DNA of 63,505 nt, filler included, from Octopus bimaculoides (GCF_001194135.2; 4 parts of 3 records of this genome joined end to end with filler, not necessarily neighbours in it), one strand, 5' to 3'; counted from the first letter of the whole stretch, positions 12,119-23,660 are shown. The notes: a model not told the origin generated them from the letters alone. Program-made: numbers and translations.

Positions 12119-12352
12119 TGTTTCAAATTTTGCCTCAAGAACAGCTTGGAAGAGGTGGGGATGAGTCAATTATATCAACACCCACCACCACCACCACCAC
12201 TCCCCCAATTTTCAGCTGATACTTTGCCTTACATCCTTTCAGGGTTGATTGATTAAGTCAACCTCGGCAGAACTTGAACTCAGAAAGTAGTGACAGGCAA
12301 AGTACACCACTAAGCATTTCATTTGGCAAGCTAACAATTCTGCCAGCTCGCC
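12119..12352 (-). mobile_element. Family-1 tRNA-SINE copy, inverted relative to 11958
   Basis: Ends TTCTGCCAGCTCGCC and contains AAGTCAACCTCGGCAGAACTTGAACTCAGAA. Confidence 0.8.
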
Positions 12353-13082
12353 ACTTTCTCATCTTTCTTTTAATTAATATTGGAACAAACACATGCGCGT
12401 CTTAATTGTTGCCTGTTTTTTAATTTGCAGCCTATGCCCGCTATGTACTAAACAACAATGTTTACCAACCGTATGTGCCATGCATGTTTGGAGCAGAATC
12501 GTTATTATACTCACAAGCTCCAGTCCATGCTTCTTCTCACAGAATGTATGATCTACATAAAGGTTTGTTGTTATTTTTTTTCTTCTTCTTATCACCTGAA
12601 CTTTATTCCTTTACCTTCATATTATGTTTGGCGGATAGGCAAAGTGGCTGGGTAACTATCGAGAGTTGGGCCTCACAGAAGCAATGACCAAGACCTTTGG
12701 CATTATGTCATACTTGAGAAGACCCATCAAGCCAAGCAAAACCATTTGAGGTGTATTTGTTAAACAGAAACTGAAAGGAACTCGTCATATACATAATCGT
12801 GTGTGTCACATTGCCCCAGTCTACTCAGCTGTAAATGGCTAACCCTGTGACATTGTAGCTTTCCAGCCAGAGGGATTGTTGGCCTGCTTGCCTGGGCAGC
12901 AGAGTTGCATCACTCAAAAGCTAAAACGATGCAAAGCACATTGTGATAAGTGATGTATAACTTTTGATTGTCTAGTTGATCATGTGATGGTGCTGGGAAG
13001 ATTAATTTCGTTTATATTCTTCTCTTTAAATTCACTTGTCCCTATCTCATTTCTTTTTTGTTTTCCTCTTTTTTAACTCCAG

Positions 13083-13910
13083 AAGCATTTTTCAATGGAG
13101 TTGGCTCGACTAATGCCACAACAGGTTTGTACATACCATCTCTTGGTCACCAGCAACCACAACAGTCTCAACAACAGCAGAAACAGCAGCAACAGCAGCA
13201 GGGACAAGCCCCTGGCCGTCAGACTTCAGTCCAGATGTTGTTAACACAGCAATCTACCGGTACTAGTTTAAAACCAGAAAAATTTGACTCTGGTGCCAAC
13301 AGTGATAGGTCTAAGCACTCAGAGATTTCTACTTCCAAACGCACTACGCCACCTGATTGGTGTAGCAGACCCAGCAAGGGATCGTCGTATTCAACTTCTC
13401 ATGTTGACAGCAACAGCAAGTGCATGTCTGTGAGCAAAGAGTCTCGTTCCACTAAGAAATTAGAACGAGACTGCAAAGCTGATGTACAACGTGACATTGT
13501 CAACATGCAGAAGGAAGAACACGATACGACCGAAAGCCACGTCCGGACAAACCGTGTGATAGGAAAATGTGAAATGGCTGCAGATCACCTTACTTTGGAA
13601 AACGGACCCAAAAACTGGCCATCCCACCGCTGTGTCTCCTCTTCAAAGTCCCAAGGCACTGACAAGGATAGTTGGTCGTCGAGTGAGTCTGCACGACAAA
13701 TGAGTCACGTTAAAAGCCAAAGTGTGATGAAAACAACATCGAGCAGCAAAATATGTCCCCCTGTGATAGTCCAGCATGTACCCACAATGACAACTATGAC
13801 TATGTCACCCTGTGGGTATCACACAGTTTCAAGTGCAGCTATGTACACCAAAGGAACTGTGTCGAATGTCTTTACAACAAGCCGACCGATTTCTTCTAGT
13901 TATATTTCTG
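13083..13910 (+). CDS. 828-nt phase 1-1 exon, Q/S/T/K-rich (EAFFNGVGS...SSSYIS)
   Basis: Core of ORF 13058-14035. A long pyrimidine tract precedes CAG ending at 13082, and the GTAAGT donor is at 13911. The ORF portion beyond the donor runs into a SINE. Confidence 0.9.
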
Positions 13911-13939
13911 GTAAGTGTTTAAATATTCTTCATTCATAT

Positions 13940-14112
13940 TGGTTTCTAATTTTAGCACAACACCAGCAAGTTCGAGGGCAGATGGGTGGGTCAATTACAT
14001 CAACACCGGTGCTCAACTGGTACTTACTTTATTGACCCCAAAAAGATAAAGGGTAAAACTGAACTCAGAACATAAAGACAGACAAAATGCTACTAAGAAC
14101 TCTGCCAACTCA
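13940..14112 (-). mobile_element. Decayed family-1 SINE just downstream of the 13911 donor
   Basis: Contains the GTGCTCAACTGGTACTTACTTTATTGACCCC and GAACTCAGAAC blocks of the family. Confidence 0.7.
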
Positions 14113-14238
14113 CAGTCTTTTATTCTTCATTTATATGAATATCAGTTTTTTGTGCAATAGAAATCCTTTCACAGGCCATGTTTTGGTTTGATTCACTTAC
14201 AATAGCAATAACTACCTGAAACAAACCTCCTTCTACAT

Positions 14239-14572
14239 CAGGGATTCTCAACCATTTATTATCTTCGGACCCCTTTGGTTACTGTTTTATTCTGGAGACC
14301 TTTAGCCATTTAATGTTTAAAATCTAATTTTATAAATACGTCTTTCAAAATCCCTATTTTATTTTTCACACATAAACTTGCATAAGGTAAACTATGTAAA
14401 ACAGAGAAAGAAACCTTAGTGTTTCTTACAATAAAAATATCTAAAGCAAAATTTTTTCCTGGATCCTTAATTTAATACTGTGTGCCCCCATTTTACTATT
14501 TTGCTTGCATGGAGCCCCAAAAATCTTATATTGACCTCCTGGGGTTATATGGACCCAGGTTTAGAACCATAG
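14239..14572. mobile_element. hAT-type MITE, same family as 9932-10242
   Basis: TIRs CAGGGATTCTCAACC / GGTTTAGAACCATAG and shared internal blocks (GAAAGAAACC, AAGCAAA-polyT, CCCCAAAAATCTTATATTGACC). It ends 75 nt upstream of the 14647 exon. Confidence 0.8.
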
Positions 14573-14646
14573 ATTTTTATTTTTGTTTTATTTAAAACTG
14601 CTTTTCATTTTTGATTTTATTAAATTCCTTTTCATTATTTTTTTAG

Positions 14647-16770
14647 AAAATGAAAACAAAATTTCAAGTGCTTCTTCAACTCAACCACTAACATATTCCT
14701 GTGTAAATACCAATATTTCTAAGACAATGTCAGAGGGAAGGAAAGTGTCAGCCGCCATCTACACTCCAGAAAAGGCCACGGCCTCTCCGCCGCAAGCGTT
14801 AGCCTACATCCGAGGCGGAAGAGGCAAAGTCAGTTGTGAACTAAGGGTAAAGTCTGAAAAGGATTCCTTACCATCCTGCAAGGATCACAATTTTAGCGTT
14901 GACTCTTGCATGCATGCTGTGAAGGTAGAAAAACAAATGGTACCATGTTTGACTTCCGCATCCTTGAAGACAAAATCTGAACGCGCTGGCAAGAAAGTGC
15001 AGAAAGTCACTGGTCGACAATCACCGACGCATCGGCAGCATCAAGAACAGCAGCAATCGATGCAGCAGCAGCAGCAGCAACAACAGCAACAATCATCACA
15101 GCATCATCAACCATACCATCAACATCATCATCATCAACAGCAGCAGCAACACCACCACCACCAACAGTTGCTACAACCACAGCATCATCAACTGCAGCAG
15201 CAACAACAACAACAACAACAACAGCAGCATCAACATCAGCAGCAGCAACAGCAGCAGCAGCATGATCAACAACATCACCACCACCATCATCATCACCATC
15301 ATCACCACCAGCAACAGCAGCAGCAGCAACAACAACAACACAGTCAAATGTTTGAAAATGCTGGGAGCAATGTCGTTGATAAAAGGGTCAAACAAGAAGT
15401 TGTTGACCGGTTTTTAATAGGAAGTTGTGATAATAATAATAATAATAATAATAACACAGACAGGTCTTACAGTGGCAAATCTGTGAATTGCAGCACTAAC
15501 AGTAGTAGCCAGATTTTAACCAATAATAATTATATTAACAATAATAATAATAATAATAATAATAACAGTATCAATGGCAGTCATAGCAACAACAACAACA
15601 GCAGTAGTAGTAGTATTAACATCAACAATGGCAGCATCACCAGCAGCAGAATTAGCAACAACAGTGTTAATAGAAATCTCAACATTTCACAACAGGAACA
15701 TGAGAAATTATCAAAAGACCTAACGAGCGATGCAATCACGGCTGACAGCAAGCAGTCCCAAGAAATGAAAAAACTTGGCTCACCGACTGTATACATAAAT
15801 ATTGCAACCGATGGTCAGTCTCAGGTGAACAGTAGTAATTCCAGTGGTCTAGGCCGGCCACAGGCAGCTATTCTCGACCTGAGTCTGCCTCGGAAAGCAT
15901 TAGATGGTAATAGCCAGAACAGAAACACCAATGTAGATAACTGCGAAGCCGTGAAGAGAAATGAGGCCTCTTGTCTCTCACATTCGACGCAGCGGATAGT
16001 GGCCACACCATCTTATCCGGCGGTCATTCCGTCAGTGAATCAAACAACAGTAGCTTCATCGTCACATTCGACGTCGTCACCACCACCGCCACCTATGTCA
16101 TCTTCGTCATCGTTTTTGTTATCCTCTTCCTCCTCCTCCTCTTGTTCAGTATCGACGTCGTCGTTGTCACCTGTAACTTCCTCAATATCATTCTCTACAC
16201 CTTCGCAGAAGTCTTGTAGTGTCGTCAAGCAATCGTTGTCACCGATTTTGATACAGGAAGACCAGCATCAACCGCTGATATCTGCGCTGCCGTCTCCAAG
16301 TAGTAAAATAACTGCTAAAGCGACGCCCCAGTCGTCAGCATTACCGTCATCATCACCATCGACAACATTGTTACCTTCATCATCAGAAGTGTCTGTATCT
16401 TCTTCCTTGTCCTCTTCATTGCCAATAATATCATCTTCAATGTCAACGCATTCTCCCACAAAGCTAACATCATCATCATCAGTGTCATCGTCAGCATCAT
16501 CATTACATGTAACAGTAGCAGCATCATCGTTATCATCATCATCGTCGTCATCATCATCTGCTGTAATGGCCAGATGTGAGAGCTACAAAGAAGAAATAGA
16601 CGAGAACAAGTTATTGCTGTCGTCGACAGCTTCGTGTGGACAGTTAGATGAGCATCAGGGGAAGTCCTCTTCAGCTTCATCATCCTCTTCATCATCAGTG
16701 ACATCATCAGCTCCATCGATGTCGATGTCATTACCATCGTCATCATCAGTTGTCTTGGCAACAGCCACGT

Positions 16771-16805
<35 letters not shown>

Positions 16806-17331
16806 ACAACATTGCCTGTATCATCATCATCGCCACCGTCGTCATCTTTACTGTTACCAGAAAGAAAAACCGAACACAAACGAGGTGCGTCATCACCTCG
16901 AGACAGCAAATGTACCAGTCACAACAACAACAACAGCAACAACAGTAATAACATTAACAGCAACAGTAGCAGTCATAAAACGACAACCACGACCACCACC
17001 AACGATAGCAACAACACTGTTTTAAGCAGTAGTAGTAACATTGCCAATGTCACCGAATCTGTGCACATTTCTGAGAATACAAATTCTCCACCATTGGAGA
17101 CCGTGGCAGCAAATGTAGCCAACCATGATGGTTTGATGCCCAAAGTTTTCACAGTTGTCCAACACTCCAGCAATAACTCAACTCTTAGGAAAAGAAAGAG
17201 TACTTGTGACGTTGTTAAAGGAATGGTGCGGTCTGGTTCAGCACCACCGTCCTCACGTGATACAAGTCGTCCCTTTTCATCTATGGATGCCACAGTTACC
17301 AAATTGGAAGAAGACCATAATCTGTGCACAG
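14647..17331 (+). CDS. 2685-nt phase 1-1 exon encoding polyQ/polyH, polyN and polyS tracts of a predicted disordered nuclear protein
   Basis: Core of the 929-aa ORF 14583-17372. Acceptor attttttag ends at 14646 and donor GTAATG starts at 17332. The frame matches both neighbouring exons. Motifs include VKVE, VKQE, ILDLS and RKRK. Confidence 0.92.
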
Positions 17332-18420
17332 GTAATGGGTCACCTTTTTTTCTGTCTTTGTTTCATCATTGAATTAATGTCCACTTTTTCATGCTTCCAT
17401 GGGTTTGGCCAAGTTTATTGATGTCAGATTCCTTATAGCCAGGTGCCCTCGCTGTTGCCAACCTTTGCTTGTTTCCAAGCAAGGTTATGATTCCCCCCCA
17501 CCCCATGGCCAGACATCAGAATATTGGAAATGACTGACACCGCCTGTCTGACAGTGATACTCACTTACAACAATCCTGCAATGGCAAGAAAAAGTTACAA
17601 ACATACACTCATATATGTATGTGTGTGTGTATGTATATATATTATATTTGTAACCTTAATTGTTAATATGACATGGTATGTCATAAGCATCTGTATATTG
17701 TGGTTTTTGTCATTTTAGTTATAAAATAAACAAATTAATCAACGGAATACATTGTCTGCAAGTCGATGGATACCACATATTCTCCTCCATTTCCTCATTG
17801 CTATATAAATTTAGGATAAAATGACCCCCTTTTACCTGCACCCACTTATGGCACTTGGTATAACACTTGGGTACCGTCCCAGCAGTATATTGGATAGATA
17901 CTATCCCTTAGTGGGTTGAATCCTTAACCCCTAACTCTCTTGGATTATATATAAATATATATATATATATATACAAGTATAAACCTTGTAGAATGCAATG
18001 CAAAGCTTGTCCACAGTTATTGGCTATCTGCTGTTACAATACAGTGGAAAAGCTCTAACTACTGAATATGGACCAGGAATTCCATAGTGCCCATAGTGTA
18101 TTTGAATAGATAAATGACAGAAATTGAAATGAACAGCATTCTTTATTTTAAATCACTAGAATTGTTTTGATACATTTTTACACCTGTAGTATATTGGTGA
18201 GATGCTATTTAATTGTAATCATTCACCTAAGATATAAAATGCACCTCAGCAGGTGATTGTTGAAATAAATCCTGTTTTGATGTTACCAGGTACAATAATC
18301 TCATAGTCATTTTCTTTTGTTTATCTTTGTTGCATGTACCACATGTATATGTGTGTGTCTATTATATTGTAGGAGCTAAAGACATAATAATATATCACGA
18401 TTTTTTTCTATTTTCTGCAG

Positions 18421-18486
18421 GTATTACCATTCCAGTTGGAATTGCCATAGCCACTCAAAGACAGGAATTATCTCGCAGTAGTCAAG
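18421..18486 (+). CDS. 66-nt phase 1-1 exon (GITIPVGIAIATQRQELSRSSQ)
   Basis: Acceptor tttttttctattttctgcag ends at 18420, followed by AAG/GTACAC (a weaker donor) at 18487. It continues the frame of exon 14647-17331 and encodes a non-low-complexity peptide. Confidence 0.72.
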
Positions 18487-18903
18487 GTACACAATTTTTG
18501 TACCCATTAATTAAATTTCAATTTTTACTGATAACAGTAACCATATGGTTACTGTTATCAAATCACTCCGATTTCCATTCGTATAAAACTCCCAACTTTA
18601 CTGTTAAGATCAAGTCTTCAGGTCACATTAGCTGTTCGTTACCATCTTTCTGTTGAAACATGTTATCTATGTTTCAAATAATTTTGAAAATAATAAAGAA
18701 TTTATCAAAATAACTCTGTTGTTATTCATCCAGTGTTTGGAACATAAATTAACCTTATCATGCTATGTTCCTGATATACCTGGATATACCTCTAAACATC
18801 AACTCTACCAGATTCCCATAAAAATGGTAATGAACAACACACACACAGAAAAAGAAGATAAAATACTCAAAATAGACAACTGATCCACATTGCAACTTTA
18901 CAG

Positions 18904-19088
18904 TCAGTTTCTTGTGCAGTATAAATTCTTTCACAGGCCATGTTTTGGCTTGATTTCACTTACAATAGCAATAATTACTTGAAACAAACCTCCTTCTACA
19001 TCAGGGGTTCTCAACCATTTATTATCTACAGACCCCTTTGTTTTATTCTGGAGACCTGTAGCCATTTAATGTTTTAATCTAATTTTAT
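18904..19088 (+). repeat. Direct duplicate of 14142-14333
   Basis: Near-identical blocks such as TTTCACAGGCCATGTTTTGG, CACTTACAATAGCAATAA and GAAACAAACCTCCTTCTACATCAGGG. Confidence 0.9.
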
Positions 19089-19169
19089 GACTCATTGGTT
19101 AATGATGTCCCCACCCCTATAGCTGTTGCTTACTTTTGTTTTTAATTAAAACAAAACAAAAAAGCTTAT

Positions 19170-19360
19170 ATGTGATGAACCCAGCACTTCATCTGGTAAA
19201 CGAGTAAAGCCTAGACTCATTTACAGTTGAGGAAATCGATGACATTTATTCTTCAGATGAAGAGTTTTTTACTCTTAAGCAGACAATGAGAATGATTCAG
19301 ACAATTAAATTGATGAAAGTGATGAGGAAAGTAGTGATTCAGGTGAACAAAAATGGTAGT
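19170..19360 (+). mobile_element. Possible decayed acidic N-terminus of a piggyBac-like transposase
   Basis: Frameshifted DEPSTSSGKRVKPR / FTVEEIDDIYSSDEEF / DNENDSDN*IDESDEESSDSGEQKW. The match is compositional only. Confidence 0.25.
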
Positions 19361-19631
19361 TGAAAGATAGGCTTATTATTGTTATTCTCCTGAATGTTTT
19401 TTGTGATTCTCGTCATTAGTTTGCCTGCAGTCGTTACACTGAAGCTGTGTGTGCAGCTATTTGTGTCTTGGCTCAGAAGCTATTTGTGTCTTGGCTATTT
19501 TTACCCAGATGGAGGGTGAAATTAGCTACAGGGGCCCAGGTCTAAGTGGGGTGGGAATTTGAAGTTCTTACTCATAATTTAGTGCAAATTATAAGAGGTT
19601 TTGAATCACCAGTGTCCAGAAAGTTGTTGTA

Positions 19632-19662
<31 letters not shown>

Positions 19663-19762
19663 NNNNNNNNNNNNNNNNNNNNNNNNNNNNNNNNNNNNNN
19701 NNNNNNTTAATTAATTAANNNNNNNNNNNNNNNNNNNNNNNNNNNNNNNNNNNNNNNNNNNN
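19663..19762. other. Artificial 100-bp scaffold spacer N44-TTAATTAATTAA-N44
   Basis: The identical geometry recurs at 50571-50670 and 58312-58411, and the 12-mer gives stops in all six frames. Confidence 0.92.
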
Positions 19763-19841
<79 letters not shown>

Positions 19842-20151
19842 CGCCTTTATTTACGTTAAGTTTAACATTAAAATTTGTGTGTGCGTATGAGCACGTATAT
19901 AGGCACACTTACATCTCCAATGTAAATGGCTTCCCCATCATTATATGTTATCTGTGGAGACACTAATCACTATTACGATGCTCAAACGTATTGAATCGTT
20001 AAGAAACTGCAGAGGACGTGACTACAAAATAATGGATTAATTATATATAAAAGTCAAAGAACTCTATTTTTTTCTCTAGACATATTTCTATGATGCTGAT
20101 GTTTGTTTACTTTTAACGTGTCTGTACACACACAAGCCCGCATATAAGATT

Positions 20152-20264
<113 letters not shown>

Positions 20265-20334
20265 GAGACAGAGAGAAGAACGATATGTTATAAATCTCTG
20301 ACCGAGAAGTATGTAGAAACAGTACTGTATATTA

Positions 20335-20604
20335 AAGTTTATTTGCCAACCCAACATAACAGTCCTACAAAGGACGATATTACTACATTTTAGCACCAGG
20401 AAATCATCTTTTCCAGCTGGCTATCGACACATGATCTGTGTGGGTATTGTGTGAGCTCCCTGAAGGGACCGTAGACACCCTCACTTATAGTATACGGAGA
20501 CAGATTATGTGTCGGTAGCCAACTGGGAACGATGATTTCCTGGTGCTAAAAAGCAATAACTTCGTCTTATATAGGACTGCCAATTTGCGTTGACAGACAG
20601 ACTT
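20335..20604. repeat. Inverted repeat / MITE-like fold-back
   Basis: Inner arms 20388-20439 and 20500-20551 show 5 mismatches in 52 bp around a 60-nt loop. Looser complementarity extends to about 105 bp per arm. Confidence 0.85.
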
Positions 20605-20705
20605 GGCGATATATATCTACACATAGAAATGTGTGTGATTGTGTATATCCAGCTTTCTTTGTGTATATATATGTATATAAATATATATACATATGGATAT
20701 ATATG

Positions 20706-20870
20706 TACGACAGGCTTCTTTCTATTTCCGTCTACCAAACCCACTCACAAGGCTTTGGTCGGCGCGAGGCTATAGTAGAAGACACTTACCCAAGGTGCCA
20801 CGCTGTGGGACTGAACCCTGGACCATGTGGTTGATAAGTAAGCTACTTCCCACATAGCGACTCCTACGCC
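20706..20870 (-). mobile_element. Family-2 tRNA-SINE 5' module
   Basis: The reverse complement has a tRNA-like head and GGCACCTTGGGTAAGTGTCTTCTACTATAGCCTCG, a CORE-like block. The same module lies at 27482, 37713, 55211, 55471, 52350 and 60023. Confidence 0.85.
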
Positions 20871-20872
20871 TA

Positions 20873-20938
<66 letters not shown>

Positions 20939-21263
20939 GAAACGGTCAGATACGCCCATACATAGAACGTCATCTTCGTCTCCACCAACGAAAAATTTAT
21001 GAACGGCACTTATATGACTTTATTTTTTGAATTCTTAACAACCAGAAAATTGACATATATCAGGTACGGTATACAATGTGCTATTGTCATCTTAATTTAA
21101 ACACAATGCAATGATTCTTCATGCTTTGTGTTCAAAATTTTCACCTGAACTATATTTCCTTAATCATGTATATACGTAGCGAAAATAAATGTATATGTAC
21201 GCAAAAAGATACATACACATATATTTATGTATAACACGTAGGAATGTACATACATATACGCCA

Positions 21264-21307
<44 letters not shown>

Positions 21308-21910
21308 TATATAGTATATGTATATGCATATATACATTTCCATATCTGTATATATATGTGTATGTCTATGTATGTATGTTTAGATGTATATGGATGTGTG
21401 TGAGCGAAATTCTGTTTTTATTTTTACAATGAATAAAATTATATTTAAAAAACTAAAAGAAACATAAATGCCATTTCTACTTCATCAATCATCATTTGTT
21501 CTCGTAATGTTAGTCCATCCATTTAAACTAAGACAGTTGCCTCCCCCTATTTTGTTGTAGCTCTCGTATTCTCTCTTCCAACCTCTCCGTCTTTTTGATT
21601 TCTCAATTACATTTATTGTGTTTTTACTAGTAAGTGTGATCTGCTTAATAATTTCGTTTCTTAAATTTTTATTCTAGTTAGTGAATTCTATAAAAGCAGG
21701 ATATTTCTAACATCAACATTTAAGTGGTTTAAAACATTTCGTTGTGGCGATCTTAGTATTTCGCAGATATTTTGGAATCCTGCTGACACCATGTTCAATG
21801 TTGTCCATTTTTCTGGAGACGGAATTCTTTGGGATAAGAATGATGGATACTTAATGGTTGCTATATGTATATATATATACATATGTGTGTGTGTATGTAT
21901 GTATTTATAC

Positions 21911-21952
<42 letters not shown>

Positions 21953-21987
21953 TTTGGGTATGATAGATGAGTTCAGTAAAAATTTTG

Positions 21988-22496
21988 ATTCATATGAATT
22001 AGGTACTTAAGTTGAGGTACCAGAATTTAGTACGGTATTATCCATACAAGTTCAAATAAGCTGATTAAATTCAAAAGAAACAACACGGATATCCAGAAGT
22101 AATGCAGTACGATCGTTTCGTGCAAAACCATTTAATTGAGCAATGCAATTTTTACATCATTTTAAAATGCAGAGCAATCCTCAGCTGCACAAACACATGG
22201 AATTTAATTAAATTAGAACAAATGGACACATTAGTATAATATTACTCTATGAATAACTTCTATGCTGGAGTGGAGATAGAATGTTTCTTGTCTATCTCCT
22301 TAACATCTTGGAGATTTTTAGGTAGAATTATACTAATGTGTCCATCAGTTCTAATTTAATTAAATTCTGTGTCTTTGTGCAGCTGAGGTTTGCTCTGCAT
22401 TTTAAATTGATGTAATGATTGCATTGTTCAATTAAATGGAGTTACCTGAAACTATCGTACTGCATTACCTCTAGATATCATTGTTGCTTATTCTGA
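21988..22496. mobile_element. Palindromic fold-back element (full form)
   Basis: Arms 22088-22240 and 22327-22479 show 18 mismatches in 153 bp with no indels, around an 86-nt spacer. Looser pairing extends to 22071/22496. A unique ~80-bp left segment is shared with 2913-2995. Confidence 0.85.
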
Positions 22497-23364
22497 TATA
22501 TATATATATATATGAGTGGAAGACATTTGATTGTAATAATTGGGTGTGCCATATGTTGTCATTTCGATTCATATTATCGCTCTTTTTTCTAGTGTCATCA
22601 CCTCTCGGTTTAACACCTTTAACAGTATGTCAGAAAGGGATATTTCGATGAGTATTACACAGATACACATAAAGAATGTCAGTCAAATGTGAATATATTT
22701 GACTGTTGTTCTTGACATATCACTTTTAACTCGTCCTTAGACAATAACACCCAAAACGACATCAAAACACCATTTTCTTTGATTTCCTTTGTGAAAGCTA
22801 CATCAGGTGTAAACCATATCTGTCCAGGTCATAGAGTCCCTTTACTGTTCAACTTTTTATATACACTTTAGGCGTCAGTTAACGGAATTTTACTGGGCAA
22901 CGAGGATATCATCCAAAGGTGTGAATGGCTGTCGTTCTTTGTTAAAAGGAAATGAAAATCAGAAACAGTTATTAATGTATTTAAATGTATAGAAATAGTT
23001 CTCGTACCTAAATCTGACGCTATTATTAATTTCAAATTGTACCGATATCAATTTTGACTTTCTAAGGTCGATAAAATAATATAAACCAGTGAAATACACT
23101 GGTCGGAGGTATCGACCAGTTCATTTCACCTTCCTCAAAATGTGCCCAAATCCTCAAAATCTACTTTCCTCAAACTGTGCCCAAATCATCATCATCAGTA
23201 GCAGCAGCAGTTGTAGTAGTAGTAGTATATTATACTTCTCACGGATCTCGATCTCACTTACTCGCGTTAATTCATCAACCGCTTACCAAAGGTTTCACAT
23301 GGTCTCTCAAGTTGCCTTTCCTCATATGGTAAGTATTGGTTCCTAAATGTTAAGTGTCATAGAA

Positions 23365-23660
23365 GATACTTGACATCCAATACTATTCTCCAAATGTTCG
23401 CTCTCCCCAGTAGGGTAGTTTTTTCTTTTTTTTTTGGCTTTACGATGTTCTACCCTCCTATCTATTCCAATTTCTGCAACATATTTCTCCAGCTTGGTTG
23501 TTAGTGCTCCGCGTGCCCCTACGTCTCCTGGGATAACAGTTGCTTACTTCATTGCCCACATTCTTGAAATTTCGTCCTTTAGTAATTTGTATCTTTTCAC
23601 CTTTTTTCCAGCTCTTTGTCGCCTACTCGTTCGTCCTCAGGTATGACAAGAAATATCATC
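23365..23660 (-). mobile_element. Non-LTR retrotransposon remnant, restriction-like endonuclease (R4-like) C-terminus
   Basis: Frameshifted translation IPEDERVGDKELEK..KRYKLLKDEISRMWAMK*ATVIPGDVGARGAL...KTTLLGRANIWRIVL fits the RLE pattern D..P.D....KE.EK..KY..L..E..RMW....VIP.V.GALG...K..LLG...I.R..L. Confidence 0.8.

Noticed and set aside
13911-14035. C-terminal extension of ORF 13058-14035
   Set aside because: It lies beyond a consensus GTAAGT donor and runs into an antisense SINE. The 5' and 3' overhangs of ORF 14583-17372 are likewise intronic.
17847-17870. miR-183-like sequence TATGGCACTTGGTATAACACT
   Set aside because: There is no complementary star arm or precursor hairpin nearby.
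19227-19342. Possible next exon (TTTACAG acceptor, phase-compatible, GTGAAC donor)
   Set aside because: Its second half is an off-frame reading of acidic GAT/GAA codons and the pyrimidine tract is weak. A decayed transposase is more likely.
19707-19718. TTAATTAATTAA as a biological motif (PacI or homeodomain sites)
   Set aside because: It always sits exactly between 44 N on each side, so it is an assembly spacer.
23089-23346. Exon candidate ending at the GTAAGT near 23329
   Set aside because: No good acceptor, the frames are low-complexity, and it abuts a LINE remnant.
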